DNA of 64,000 nucleotides from Felis catus (lineage: Eukaryota): the NCBI RefSeq assembly GCF_018350175.1, contig NC_058368.1:180298001-180362000 (forward strand), in the 5' to 3' direction. Under the pieces are notes generated by a model. It saw only the letters and a list, made by a program, of their open reading frames with translations. It did no database searches and had not been told where the DNA came from. Positions 28,130-40,043 of the stretch are shown piece after piece. Position 1 is the first letter of the stretch, and each line of letters opens with the position of its first letter. The position numbers were made by a program, and so were the translations under genes.

Positions 28130-29009
28130 ATCACCACCAGGTGAAGACAAGAGAGAAGAATGCCATTTACAAACCAAGGAGAAAGGCCTCAGAAAACACT
28201 GGCCTTGCCTGCCGACACATCGAAGTCAGTGTTCCAGTCTCTAGAAGTATAAGAAAATAAATTTCTGGTATGTAAGCTCCCCAGTCTGTGCTACTTTCTA
28301 TGGTTGTCCTAGCAAATGGATACAGGAGACTTTGGAAGTCCAATCCTTTCTTGGGCGCCTGGGTGGCTCAGTCAGTCAGTGAAGTGTCTGACTCTCGATT
28401 TTGGCTCAGGTCATGATCTCACAGTTGTGAGATCAAGCCTTCAGTAGGGCTTACACTGAGTGTGGAGCCTGTTTGGGATTTTCCCTCCCTCTCTCCCTGA
28501 CCCTCCCCCATTTGATCTCTCTCTGTCTCTCTCTCAAAATAAATACATATTTTTAAAAATGTAAAGGAAGTCCAATGCCAGGTCCTATGGGAATTAGTGG
28601 CAGTACCTACAGAACCATCTTGGTGGCCAGGATGCAGTAACATCTCTAGGTTACTGCTGGTAAGTTAAGGTGCACAGGTTTTTCTGCCTTGTTTTGTGTA
28701 ACAAAGGCAATAGCTAAGTGATGTCTCAGAAGCCAAAAAAGAACCCCAGGCCTTAGGTTTCATCTCCAGATTCCCATATTCCAAGTCAGAAATTGCTGGT
28801 GACACTTGCAAGTTCTCCATTTGTTTGGAATCGGTCCTCAGCCCTCGTTCCTGGGGCTTGCGGGTTCAGTTCTTTCCACACTTCTCAGATTATTAGTGTG
28901 GCTCAGAGAAAACAAAAGGCCTAGCCAAAAGAAGTGGGATTCTTTAAATCCAGAGAGGTGAGCCTGCCACCTTCGGGCACACTTGCCCATTTTCTAAGAA
29001 CTATAGTCT

Positions 29010-29515
29010 CAGGAGTTGCAAATATCTAGTAAAATGGCAATGTCTTACTAAATCAACCTACAATTATAATGACCATGATGGAGACCGGCCCAATTAGATA
29101 AGATCATTTGTGTACTTGAAAGCAAGTGTTCCCAAGTTAAACACAATGGGAACTAATTGCATGCAGAAGCCTCCAGAAGGTTTCAAAAATCCAAAATAGC
29201 TTCATTGAGAGGTTCCTTGCAAAAGGATAATGACAAATTAAGGAGAGGGAAGGTACCAAGAAGTGGAGCCTATGAGACTGACATATAAGACTGATATAAT
29301 TCCTCCCTGCTCCCTTCTATCCTTTACTGGAGTGCTCATTCTAGTAATCCTCTGAATTGCCTTTCTACTTGAAGACACTTATTAAAACCATTACCTTTTA
29401 AAATAAGGCCACCTGAGGCTACAGGCAATCCTTTTCAGGTATCTTTCTTTCACTCCTTGGTCACAGGCCAAAAGAATTTCTTAAATCCAGGGAAGATCCT
29501 CACAAGTTTTTGTAA
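29010..29515 (+). pseudogene. Degenerate retroviral gag fragment
   Basis: Broken translation YLVKWQCLTK...LDKII and ...TPWSQA...NPGKILTS/REDPHKF across frameshifts and stops. Confidence 0.55.
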
Positions 29516-29939
29516 ATAGATTACCTTCTGAACCCGGTAGAGAGAGAGGAAAAGAAAATTTCACGTCATCTTATCCTTTTCAAATCCAACCTAATTGGTT
29601 ATTGATCCTTTCTCCTCACTGATAGCAATTGCCTTCTTGTTTGTCTCACTTTACATCCTAAGGACTTGACTTGTCTTTCTGTCTGCCTGGGACATGCAGG
29701 TTGTTGGTCCTTTCTCTGGCTCTATTTGGGAGTGACTCCAGATCTTGGGACAAGAGTATCTTTTGCACCCTCTTTGAGGACAACTCTTGGGGCCCTGAAG
29801 TTATTTAATACTACAAGAAATATTTACGGTTTTTCCTGGCTGAATCCTGACAGGAATTTCTTTAGGCTTTCAACCCTAAGCTAAATGTACCCAGAGGGAA
29901 ATGAAAGTATGGTACCAGAGGTGAGAGTGTGTGTGTGTT

Positions 29940-29972
<33 letters not shown>

Positions 29973-31828
29973 GAGTCCTTGATGTCATTTAGGTGGCAAC
30001 CCAATTCTTTGCAGAATCACGAACAGCTGTCCTTACTTTACACATCTAGTCTTTGTAGGACCAGAGGTGTGTTTCCAAAGACAACTGAAAGTTCACCAAT
30101 CTTTTTTACTAATCCCCAAATTTCCCCTATTTATTTCAAAAGGATTGTAAGTATTATAAAAACTCTGGCTTTAAGGGGAAAATGTCTTAGGAAGAGTTTG
30201 CTTACCACCACCATCCCGCCTAGTGCCTTTGAGATTATAAATGTTGTACCCAGGGGCACCTGGGGGGATCAGTTGGTTGAGCATCCGACTTTGGCTCAGG
30301 TCATGATCTTGAGGTTTGTGAGCTCGAGCCCCACATCGGGCTTGCTGTTGTCAGCCTGACAGTGCAGAGCCGGCTTCAGATCCTCTGTCCCCCTCTCACT
30401 GCCCCCAACCCCTGCTTGCGCTCTCCACAAAATAAATAAATAAATGTTGTACCCAGAGTCTTCCAGAACTCTTATCTAAACCATCTCTTTGATATGCAAA
30501 CTTCAAGGGGGGCGGTAATTTTTTTTTTTAATTTTAATGTTTTTTTAAAAACGTTTTTTAATTTAGTTTTGAGTGAGAGAGAAAGAGAGGGTGTCAGCAG
30601 GGGAGGGGCAGAGAGGGAAACACAGAATCTGAAGTAGGCTCCAGGCTCTGAGCTGTCAGCACAGAGCCTGATGCAGGGCTCAAACCCACAAACCTGTGAG
30701 ATCATGACCTGAGCTGAAGTTGGATGCTTAACTGACTGAGCCACCAGGCACCCCTGGAGGTGGGTAATTCTTATCAAAAGAAAAAAGGGTGCAGCAGGGA
30801 GGTGGGGTTATTTGGAACTTGACTTGTCAAGGACAAGTACAAACCTTTAAGTGTCTTTTCCACAAATATTTTATAAAGTTTGACCCATCTGGACAGTCAA
30901 CTTAATCTATTCCATCTGCCAGAAAACAAGCTTAAATCTAACTTATAACTCTTTTGTATTATTGTATCTATTTTATGGCAGTCATTTAGCCATCCTGATG
31001 TCCCTGTATCATAGTGACAGTCTGCTCCTGAATCAGAGAGCTTGTGGTGTGTAAACAGGGGCTGTAAATTAAACAGTTGGGGGTAATGGAGAGCCCAAGA
31101 TGGTTCTTCCCAGCTACCTGACAAACCCCATTTTTTAGTTTTTGCATTCCTTCACCCACCACAGTATATTTAAGATGACTCAAATTATGAATAGACATTG
31201 GTGGGGAGACTTCTATTCTTCATTGCAAGAGCCTGCAATGTCTGATCAGTCAGACCCATAATCCTGGAAAAGCTATTTTTATTTCCAGTAGCCTCTGACC
31301 TCCTCCCTCTGGACTCCTTGAACATCTGCAGCTGGCCTTCATTCAGCTGCTACTTAGTATGGGCTATCAATATGCTCTTGTTGTATGTGTGTCTTCTGGA
31401 TGGGTTGGGGTATTCATAATGGCAAAGATAATGTTAGGGAATATATTCCTCACTTAGGGTATATCCTCCATAATCTCCAGTGATTGAGGCATCCACTTCA
31501 CTGAACAAATCATATGCGCTCTTTTTTTTTTTTAATGTTTATTTGATTTTTAGAGAAAGAGAGCAAGGGAGCACTCATAAGAGGTAGGGGCAGAGAGAGG
31601 GAGACCGAGGATCTGAAGCAGCTCCACCTGGACAGTAGAGAGTCCGGTGTGGGGCTCGAACCCACCAACTACAAGATTGTGACCTGAGCCGAAGTCGTAC
31701 TTTTAACAGACTGAGCCACCCAGGTGCCCCAACTAATCATATGACCTTTAATGAAAGTCTCACAAACTTTTGGAATTAACACTGTTTTATCATCCTCAGT
31801 CATTAGACATGGTTGAGAGAACTAATTG

Positions 31829-32330
31829 GTGTTACCAAGCTATTGGAGCTGCTAACTCAGAAAATGAATGTGGAAACCCCTGGCACTGTTACACCTGGTC
31901 CATCCTGGGGAGTCCCAAAGTGGCTGGACAAATCATAAGCACAGCTCTGGGCTGGGTTTGTCAACACTGTTGCCAAACAAAACTCAGATAAACTAACTCA
32001 TTGCAAGAGAAGCCAGTAACTCAAAAGACTGGAGTTTGGAAAAGAGAAAGGGAGAAATTTATTTTGGGTGCCGGCAGCTGGGGGAGGTAGCAAGTTCAAG
32101 CATTAACAACCAACCTCTCTCTTGACAAGACGGACACCTAAAGTTTTATAGGAAGAGGTTCAGGGGATACATGCAAGAGAGAAAGTAGGGAGCACATGAT
32201 CATGGGTAGAGCTCAGTATGTATTCAGCCTGTGATCATGGGCAGGGATGTGGTCTTCTAGGCATTCCATTGTTATCAGGGCTTTTCTGGTCTGGTGATTG
32301 GAATGTTCCAGTCATTGCAAAGCCTCAAGA
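31829..32330 (-). mobile_element. Partial LTR, second copy of the 26532-27986 family
   Basis: Starts TGTTACC; shares long blocks with 26953-27630 (aactcattgcaagagaagcc, ggagaaatttattttgggt, ggacacctaaagttt, gtagggagcacatgatcatg). Confidence 0.8.
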
Positions 32331-32637
32331 CTGCTCTGAGCCAGCAGGACCCTGCCAGTGATCAACTTGACCTTCACTGCCCACCTGCACACACCACCAA
32401 CCTTTGTTCTACATTTTCTTTATATAAGCCTGGAAGTATTTTCAGCACTTTGGAGACAGTCTTTGAGACATTAGCCCTCTGTCTTCCCAGTGTTGGTCTC
32501 CCTGAAATAAATTCCTTTCTTGTTTTTACTGTGTCTCATCTCTCTCCCTTCAGATTTTGTTAGCAGAGAGCAGCCGGACCTGGTCTGTTTGGGACCCCTG
32601 TAGCCAGGTGCTCTGGCAGCCCTGCACCCCTGCTACA
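32330..32637 (+). mobile_element. 3' half of a different LTR
   Basis: TATATAAG (~32421), AATAAA (~32506), ends ...GCTACA where integrase sequence resumes. Confidence 0.65.
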
Positions 32638-32884
32638 AGTCACAGTCTTAAGCTTGGTGACTGCATATTCTGGAAACATATCAGAGGAAGATGGCTCTCA
32701 GGCCATGAGAAGGTACCTTACCAAGTGCTCCTGACTACTGACCTTGCTGGAGACCTCCACATCAACCTGACGAAAAAGGAAGTAGCTGACATTGAGGATG
32801 AGAAAGGAAGTAGCTGACATCGAGGTAGGCTATTTCCATCCAAGACTCTGGATCAAGATTTCATACTTTAAGTGAACATGAAAC

Positions 32885-33045
32885 CTTTCTTCTTTCCCTT
32901 CCCTTCCCTTCCCTTCCTTTCCCTCCCCTCCCCTCCCCTCCCCTCCCCTCCCCCTCCCCCTCCCCCTCCCCTCCCCTCCCCTCCCCTCCCCTCCCCTCCC
33001 CTCTCCTCCCCTCCCCTCTCCTCTCCTCTCCTCTCCTCTCCTCTG
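32885..33045. repeat. Polypyrimidine (CCCTT)n/(CCCCT)n/(CTCCT)n tract
   Basis: About 160 bp of pure C/T. Confidence 0.95.
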
Positions 33046-33229
33046 ACATTCTCTTAGGAAAATAACACCCTCATCTGTATTTTCCACACCATCGCTAAGG
33101 GGGGCAGGTAACCTGGAATTTGGAATGACCTTTTATTTCTGGATAGAAGAAAATCTAGCTGCCCCTAATTTTTCACAAGCAAAATAAGAGATCTCATCAG
33201 TCGACTCTCCTGAATTTACAATGTTGAGT

Positions 33230-33780
33230 TAGAAAGGACCCAGCAGGAGGCTTTCAGGATTCAGGATTCACTCCTTTTGGCAGGTCCCCATTTCCCTGGT
33301 TAGGCATAAATGAAAATGAGGCTTTCATCAGGAACTTCTTAATTCTTAAAATCATTGCAGAATCTGCTACTAAAGCTATAGCTGCCCAACAAAGATTCTT
33401 AGGCTCTCTGGCCAGTGGTTTTTTGTTTTTGTTTTTGTTTTTTTTTTTGACAGGAGAATAGCTCTTGATTATCTTTTAGCTGAGAAAGGAGGTGTCTGTG
33501 CTGTGGCTAACACCACCTGCTGTATCTGGGTTAACACTTCTGGGGGAGCTGAAACTCAGTTGCTTGAGATCACTGAGCAAGCCACTTGGTTTAAAAGGCT
33601 GACTCCTGCAATGAGGTCTTTCTGTGATTGGTTTGGGTCTTGGGGACTATGACTCCAAATATTAGGAACTATCCTTATAATCTTCCTGGTGCATTATATT
33701 CTCTCAAAAGTTTTAAATGCATGTTTGTAGCCACTAACTATCAAACAGATGATCTCCCTGAGACTGGGACACTGGAAAAG
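33230..33780 (+). pseudogene. Degenerate retroviral env transmembrane subunit
   Basis: AIAAQQRFLGSLAS, then a T-rich expansion, then DRRIALDYLLAEKGGVCAVANTTCCIWVNTSG (immunosuppressive domain plus CX6CC), with a stop after ...WFGSWGL. Confidence 0.88.
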
Positions 33781-33992
33781 CAATGAGAATGACTGGTTTA
33801 GGATTATAAGCCTGGAGTTGTGATCTAAGAGTATCACAGGGTTAAGCAAAAAATATCATGACCTATGGATACCACACAAAGGAAACAAGAGAAACTTATG
33901 TAAGAGCTTCAGAGTAGCAGCTGACAGTGGCCCAAATACCTTCAATTTTGATCACGGCTCTCAGGCTGAGAGTCTGATCAAAAGGGGGGAAT

Positions 33993-34328
33993 TGTTAAAA
34001 AGAAAACCACAAACCCTAAATGGCATCACTTAAGCCAAGTCACCAAGTCTAGACTTAATACCTAACCTAAATGCAGTTTCAGACTCCTCCAGAAATGTAG
34101 TCTTAACAGGTCTGTCAGGAATTTTCTGGCCAGCATCAGTGAGGTAATCAGCCACATGAACCTCCCTATCCTCCAAAGGAAAAGGAGATAATTTGCACCT
34201 AAGGCTCCATGCCTTCCCCAAAGGTAAGGTGATCTTGCCTGAAACACTCCTTTTCTTTTTCTTCATCTTTTTTTGTAAGTTTATTTATTTATTTTGAGAG
34301 AGAGAGAGAGAGACAGGGAGCAGGGGAG

Positions 34329-34383
<55 letters not shown>

Positions 34384-34705
34384 AGAGAGAGAAAGAATCC
34401 CAAGCAGGCTCCACGCTGCCAGCACAGAGCTGGACGTGGGGCTCAAACTCATGAACTGAGAGATCATGACCCAAGCTGACACCAAGAGTCAGATACTTAA
34501 CAGACTGAGCCACCCAGGTGCCCGGAAACAATCCTTTTCTTTTGGTAATAACTTCTTGCCCTGCCCTTCTTCCCATAAAAACCTTTCAATTTATAGAACT
34601 CCACAGAGCTCTCTGGTACTTGTTGGATGGGATGCCATGGATTCATGAATCACTTAATAAAGCCAATTAGACCCTCAAATTCATGCAGTTGAATTTTGTT
34701 TAACA
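33993..34705 (+). mobile_element. 3' LTR of the provirus, with an antisense SINE at ~34265-34525
   Basis: TGTTAAAA...TTTAACA termini right after the PPT; AATAAA at ~34656; SINE flanked by GAAACA(C/A)TCCTTTTCTTTT. Confidence 0.85.
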
Positions 34706-34869
34706 AGTTCAATTATTTAAAGTGGAAACCACTAGTTTAACTATTAATCGTGGATTCCAGGAGATGAGGGTAACTTTTATCTTATGTCCTTCTGTAGCAC
34801 TTGAGTTTTTGTTTTTTTTTTTTGTTTTTTTACCATGTACGCTGCTTATTTACATAATAATAGTAAACA

Positions 34870-35512
34870 ATTTTTAATGTTCATTTAGTTTTGAAAGAGA
34901 GAGAGAGGCGAAGAGAGAGGGAGACAGAGAATCCCAAGCAGGCTCCACACTGTCAGCACAGAGTCCAAGGAGGGGCTCGATCTCGGGAATTGTGAGATCA
35001 TGACCTGAGCTGAAATCAAGAGTTGGACACTCAACTGAGCCACTGAAGTAACCTTATTTTTTTTTGTAATTTTTTAAACATTTATTTATTATTGAAAGAC
35101 AGAGAGAGTCAGAGTGTGAGCAGGGGAGGGGCAGAGGGAGAGGGAGACACAGAATCTGAAGCAGGCTCCAGGCTCTAAGCTGTCAGCACAGAGCCCGACG
35201 TGGGGCTCGAACTCACAAACCGCGAGATCATGACCTGAGCCGAAGTTGGATGCTTAACTGACTGAGCCACCCAGGCGTCCCTGAAGTACCCTTATTTTTT
35301 ATCTTTAAAAAATTTCTTTAAGAGCACAGGTGAGCAGGGGAGCGGGGCAGAGGGAGGGAGGGAGAGAGAGAGAGAGAGAGAGAGAAGAATTAAGAAAGCT
35401 CTATGCTCAGGGAAGAGCCTAATGCTGGGCTCGATCCTCTGATTCTGGGATCACGAACTGAGCTGAAATCAAGAGTGGGGTGCTCAACCGACTGAGCCAC
35501 CCAGGCAGCCCT
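34870..35512 (-). mobile_element. Three stacked Can-SINEs
   Basis: Three successive reverse SINE bodies; the middle copy is flanked by CTGAAGTA(A/C)CCTTATTTTT. Confidence 0.85.
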
Positions 35513-36106
35513 AGAAAACAAATTCCAAACTTAAAAAAAAAAAAAAGGCACCAAGCTCCCATACTGAGGCTCTAGGTGAGGGCAAGCCCTCTTTGTTACC
35601 CTAGTGGTAATGAAAACTCTCCCTGCAGAATGACTTCTACAGAGAGGGAATGGGACTGAGACAAGGCCCTGACCTAGGAGGAGGTAAGTCTTCCCCATCC
35701 CATCAGAAAGCATCTTTGTCCCCTCCCTGCTATTGGAGACATAGTCCCTGCTTCTCCTTCCCGCTGATCTGTCATTTGTCTGGGCCCAGTGTCACACCAG
35801 CCTTTGCACTCAGGTAGGAGGAAGCCAGAGAAAGTTTGGGAGGCTTGGACAGTGGCAGTTTTCCCATAACCTCCCCCCAGCTTGTTAAGGCACCCTTGGG
35901 ACCCTGAGGGTTAAAGGGCAGTGGTGGGCACAGCTCAGACCCAGACAGCCCCCTTCCCCTGCCATGTTGCTTCCTTCCTTCACCCCCTTACTTGTTCAAC
36001 AGTCACTGTTAACTAGGATGCAACGGGAAGTTTCTCAAACAAGAGGGCTGAGAACGATCAGCAGAAGGGAGGGAAGGAAGGTACAAAGCAGGGAAGAAAT
36101 GTGTTT

Positions 36107-36588
36107 TGTTTTGCAGAACCAACAGTTCCAGCCAAGGAGACACCCAACTATTGTTTCACCTGATAGCCCCTTGCTAGGTCCCTCTCACCTGATAGGCCCT
36201 ACAGGAACCAGTTTGAGCTGGATTGGAGCCAAGGACATGCACAAAAACCCCCCTGAGTGGACCTCAAGTTACATTTAGCTCATTATAATAGTAAGATTTC
36301 TTTCTGTGGGCAGCTTTCTGCCTTTTTGAACACACAACGTGTGTTCTAGCATGTTGACTTGCTAGGCGTGTGCCATTGAACTAAAGTGCTTATGCAAGCT
36401 CCCTGCTCCTACCCACCCCCACAATACATGGAATAAAAGCTTCCTGTACTAAGCCCATGGGGGAGACAGTCAGTGCTTTGAGAGCTACCTCCCTGTCTCC
36501 TTGCTTGTAACAAGTGATCAAAGTTGTTTGCTTGGGTTGTGTTCAATTTGATGCACCCCAAGCAGCAAACCCCTTGAGTTTGGTGACA
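36107..36588 (+). mobile_element. Probable solo LTR
   Basis: TG...GGTGACA termini, internal cacctgatag repeat, typical R/U5-like end (cccttgagtttggtgaca). Confidence 0.6.
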
Positions 36589-38783
36589 TCACCAGCACCC
36601 ATAGCTCAGAACTGGGCATCCAGGGACACAGATGAATTAGACATAATCTGTGCTCACAAGCAGCTGACCATCATTGGGAGAGAACTCACATTAAAAAATA
36701 TTAAGAAAAGGAAGACGTGTGTCGGCTGTTGATGGAGGTGGCAGTGAGGCCTGGGTGGTAGGTGATGAGGAAGTTTTCTAAAGGTGATGTTTGGGCTAGG
36801 TATGGGATGAGGAGGGACATTCCAGGTGGAAAGAAGCCAAGTTGAAGGATAGGGCTCTGGGGTCAACATTCCCTTTAGACTTCTGGGTCTGCACTCGGAG
36901 GGTAAGAGGAATGGGTTCTGGGGGATGGGGATGGCAAGGTTACTGTCACTATTTCTAGAGCCCTGTGACAGAATCAGAATGCAGTGATCTGTGTTGTCTT
37001 CCTCCCAATGGGAGATGGCTCAGATGTGGGGGCTGGCACCAACACTGAGGTCGGGCCTTGACCTAGGAGGAGGGGATATTGCTGCTGTAGCTGCTTTCTG
37101 CTGCCTCTTGCATTTTCAACTAGATCAGTAAATCTTGAGTATGGATGAGGGAAGGGAGGGGTTTATTAGAATTTCCAGATGAAGCAAATGTATTAGAAAA
37201 AAGCAGATTCCAGGGGCACCTGGGTGGCTCCGTCAGTTAAGCATCCGACTTCAGCTGAAGCCATGATCTCACAGTTTGTGAGTTTGAGCCCCACGTAGGG
37301 CTCTGTGCTGACAGCTCAGATCCTGGAGCCTGCTTTAGATTCTGTGTCTCTCTGTCTCTCTGTCTCTCTGCCCCTTCCCAGCTCATGCTCTGTCTCTCTG
37401 TCTCAAAAATAAATAAAACATTAAATAAAATAAAAAGCAGATTGAAAATAGTGATTTTATATTGCGGGAGGTACCATTGTTTTAGTAATAAAAATTAGAG
37501 TAGATATAAGCTTTTCAAAAGGGCAGAGGATTACACAGAAGATACAATGGTAATTAGCAAAGGGCATTAGGACATAGGGGAACATCGGGATGAGGTAGAT
37601 GTGGAAGGAATAAGAAATGCTGCTCCAGCAGCACCCAGGTGGACCTCGTGTATCAGCCTGACCAGGCAGCTCTTACTGAGGCCACCAGATGGAAGCAGGG
37701 ATAGAGACAATTCAAAATGGTCCCTGAACATCACTGTCCCTTTCTCTTAGCTACCAAGAGCTCAGTTTATTGCTGGCAAGCCGTAGCTCCTGGGCCTGCT
37801 TTCTTTACCTGTAAAATGGGAGACTGTGCAAGGTGACCCTTTAGAACTATTCTAGATATATTAACTCAGTCTTTCCCAATTGCGTTTCCGTCATCAGTAT
37901 TTTTGACATTTCTTTGTTCCACTGTATTAATGATGTTATCTTTTTCTTTAAATTGATTTACTTTAACTTACTTATCCTCATCTGAAGCAGTAATAGCTTT
38001 GAATTCATGGGTTTGATGTGCATGTTGACGTGAAAGTATAAAAAAAAAATTCAGCTAGATACCACCTAACATTTTATCTGATGCCTCCCTTTGGGAAACA
38101 CTGCATCAAGTCACTGTTATCAAGGCAGCCTGCTGAGAGGACTGGAAACCAATGGAAAGTGTCTGCCCAGGTTTGTGTGTCACTTTCTAGGACTAGAAAC
38201 AGAACTTTGGTCTTAGTGTAAGTCATTCAACTGTTTGAGGGTCTGCCATCGGTCAGGGACTGCTCTGGCCCTGGGGATTAAAATAGTGAACAAGACATGC
38301 ATGATGCCTGCCCTGAGAGCTCCAATATTCTCATGAACAGATTGCCAAAAACAAAAAATCAAACAGATAAATGCAAGTGGTAAAAAGTACTGTAATGTCA
38401 AGCTTATGCTCCCTTGTCACTTCTGATTGGCTTCATGTATATTTTGCTTGTAAACTTGACTTACCATTATGTCCTACGTAAATTTATTTAGTCCCAAGTG
38501 CTCTGAGAGAAGTCTTACTAATGGTGTAGGACAAGCTTTTAAATTTAGTTATCCCCAGAAACATCTAGAACATAGGAACTAGAGTATATTCCTGTGCTAG
38601 AACATAACAGCTTCCCTACCATTCACTAACAAATTCATCTATCTGTTCAGTACTTGAAGTGTATTATCTCCACAAATCTTCATGTCCCTTAGTGAAGATA
38701 GCAAACGCACTGAGAAGAAATGTCTGAGAGGCAATTTGCAGTTTCGCGTAGAGCTCTGATGGTGCATTTAAAAAGTGGAGTCA

Positions 38784-38998
38784 GGGGCTCCTGGGTGGCT
38801 GAGTCGGTTGAGTGTCCAACTTCGGCTCAGGTCATGATCTCGTGGTTCTTGAGTTCGAGCCCCACATCGGGCTTGCTGCTGCCAGCTTGTCAGGGCACAG
38901 CCTGCTTTGGATCCTCTGTCCCCCTCTCTCTGCCCCTCGCCTGCTTGCACTTTCCTAAAAATAAATATTTTACTTTATATTTTTTTATGTTTATTTTT

Positions 38999-39035
<37 letters not shown>

Positions 39036-39215
39036 TGTGCACACATGGATGAGCAGGGGAGGGGCAGAGAGAGAGGGAGACACAGAATCCAAAGCAGGCT
39101 CCAGGCTCTAAGCTGTCAGCACAGAGCCTGACATGGGGCTTGAACTCATGGACCATGAGATCATGACCTGAGCTGAAGTTGGACACTTAACCATCTGAGC
39201 CACCCAGGCACCCCT
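38784..39215. mobile_element. Tail-to-tail Can-SINE pair: 38784-38965 (+) and 38975-39215 (-)
   Basis: The minus copy sits in the tail of the plus copy. Confidence 0.85.
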
Positions 39216-39986
39216 CTCCCAAAAATATTATCCAAAAATAAAAGTTATACAAAAATAAAAACTTTACAGATATTTTCATACACGTGTGGAAAGATGGATG
39301 GATGAAGATCAGTTAGACATCGTAAAAGCAAGAGATTGGCTATAACATAAATGACCATTGGTTAATTTATGGTACACCATTTAGTGGAATACTACATCAT
39401 TGTTAAAAAGAATGAAGCTGCTTACGGATACCTTATTGAGAAAAAGCAAGACACAGGACAGTACATTTAGTATGCATTTTGAGGTGGAAAAAAGAATATA
39501 CATATAAGTTTATACATCCATTCACTGCATATTTACAATACACTGCCTATCCCTGGTAGGACCATGGAAGAAACTGGCAAGCTGGACTGTCTTTAGGGAG
39601 GGAACTGGCAGGTGGGGGCAGACGTGTGGAGAGTTCTGGTTACTGTAGTGAGGTGTCTTGAGAGCACACACTGGGTTTAATCGTAGGTCTACCACTTATC
39701 AGCTGTGTGATGTCTGAGCCAGTTTCCTCCATGGTAAAATGGGAATGATCATAACAGTACCTACCTCATGGGGTTGCTATGGGGATAAATGAGTTAAAAA
39801 TAGGTGAATGTTTATTAGAAGAGTGCCTAGGCCTACAGTGAGTGGAAGGATGTGCTACTGATGCTCTTCTGTACCGTTTGGATTTCGTGTAGTGTGTAAT
39901 AATTAGCTAGTAATGCAACGCAACTAATTGTTACAGGCAAGAAATGATTTTGGGGTAAATAACCTGACTTTTCCCTCAAAGAACGT

Positions 39987-39992
<6 letters not shown>

Positions 39993-40040
<48 letters not shown>
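39993..40040. repeat. (TG)n microsatellite
   Basis: About 24 perfect TG units. Confidence 0.95.

Positions 40041-40043
<3 letters not shown>

Larger units (their letters stand above)
26460..28324 (+). mobile_element. MaLR (MLT1-type) LTR split by two nested LTRs
   Basis: tgttatgggctgaattg...cagaatgtgactg, then the insertion, then actgtgtttggaga...ggccttgcctgccgacac...aaataaatttctg...tagcaaatggataca. Confidence 0.85.
31200..32760 (+). pseudogene. Degenerate retroviral integrase, split by a SINE (31520-31730) and LTR sequence (31829-32637)
   Basis: PPSGLLEHLQLAFIQLLLSMGYQYALVV..SGWV; ISSD*GIHFTEQII; YHPQSLDMVERTN; resumes as HSLKLGDCIFWKH...VPYQVLLTT (GPY/F-like). Confidence 0.85.
28570..34705 (+). 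mobile_element. Decayed ERV1-class (gamma-like) provirus with no recognisable 5' LTR
   Basis: gag-like, integrase and env-TM remnants in order, then PPT AAAGGGGGGAAT (33981-33992) and the 3' LTR. Left boundary approximate. Confidence 0.82.

Noticed and set aside
33230..33780. Functional syncytin-like captured env
   Set aside because: No signal peptide or intact SU; a microsatellite interruption and a stop precede the membrane anchor.
23699..34705. LTRs at 23699 and 33993 as the paired ends of one provirus
   Set aside because: They are in opposite orientation and too diverged for a simple LTR pair.
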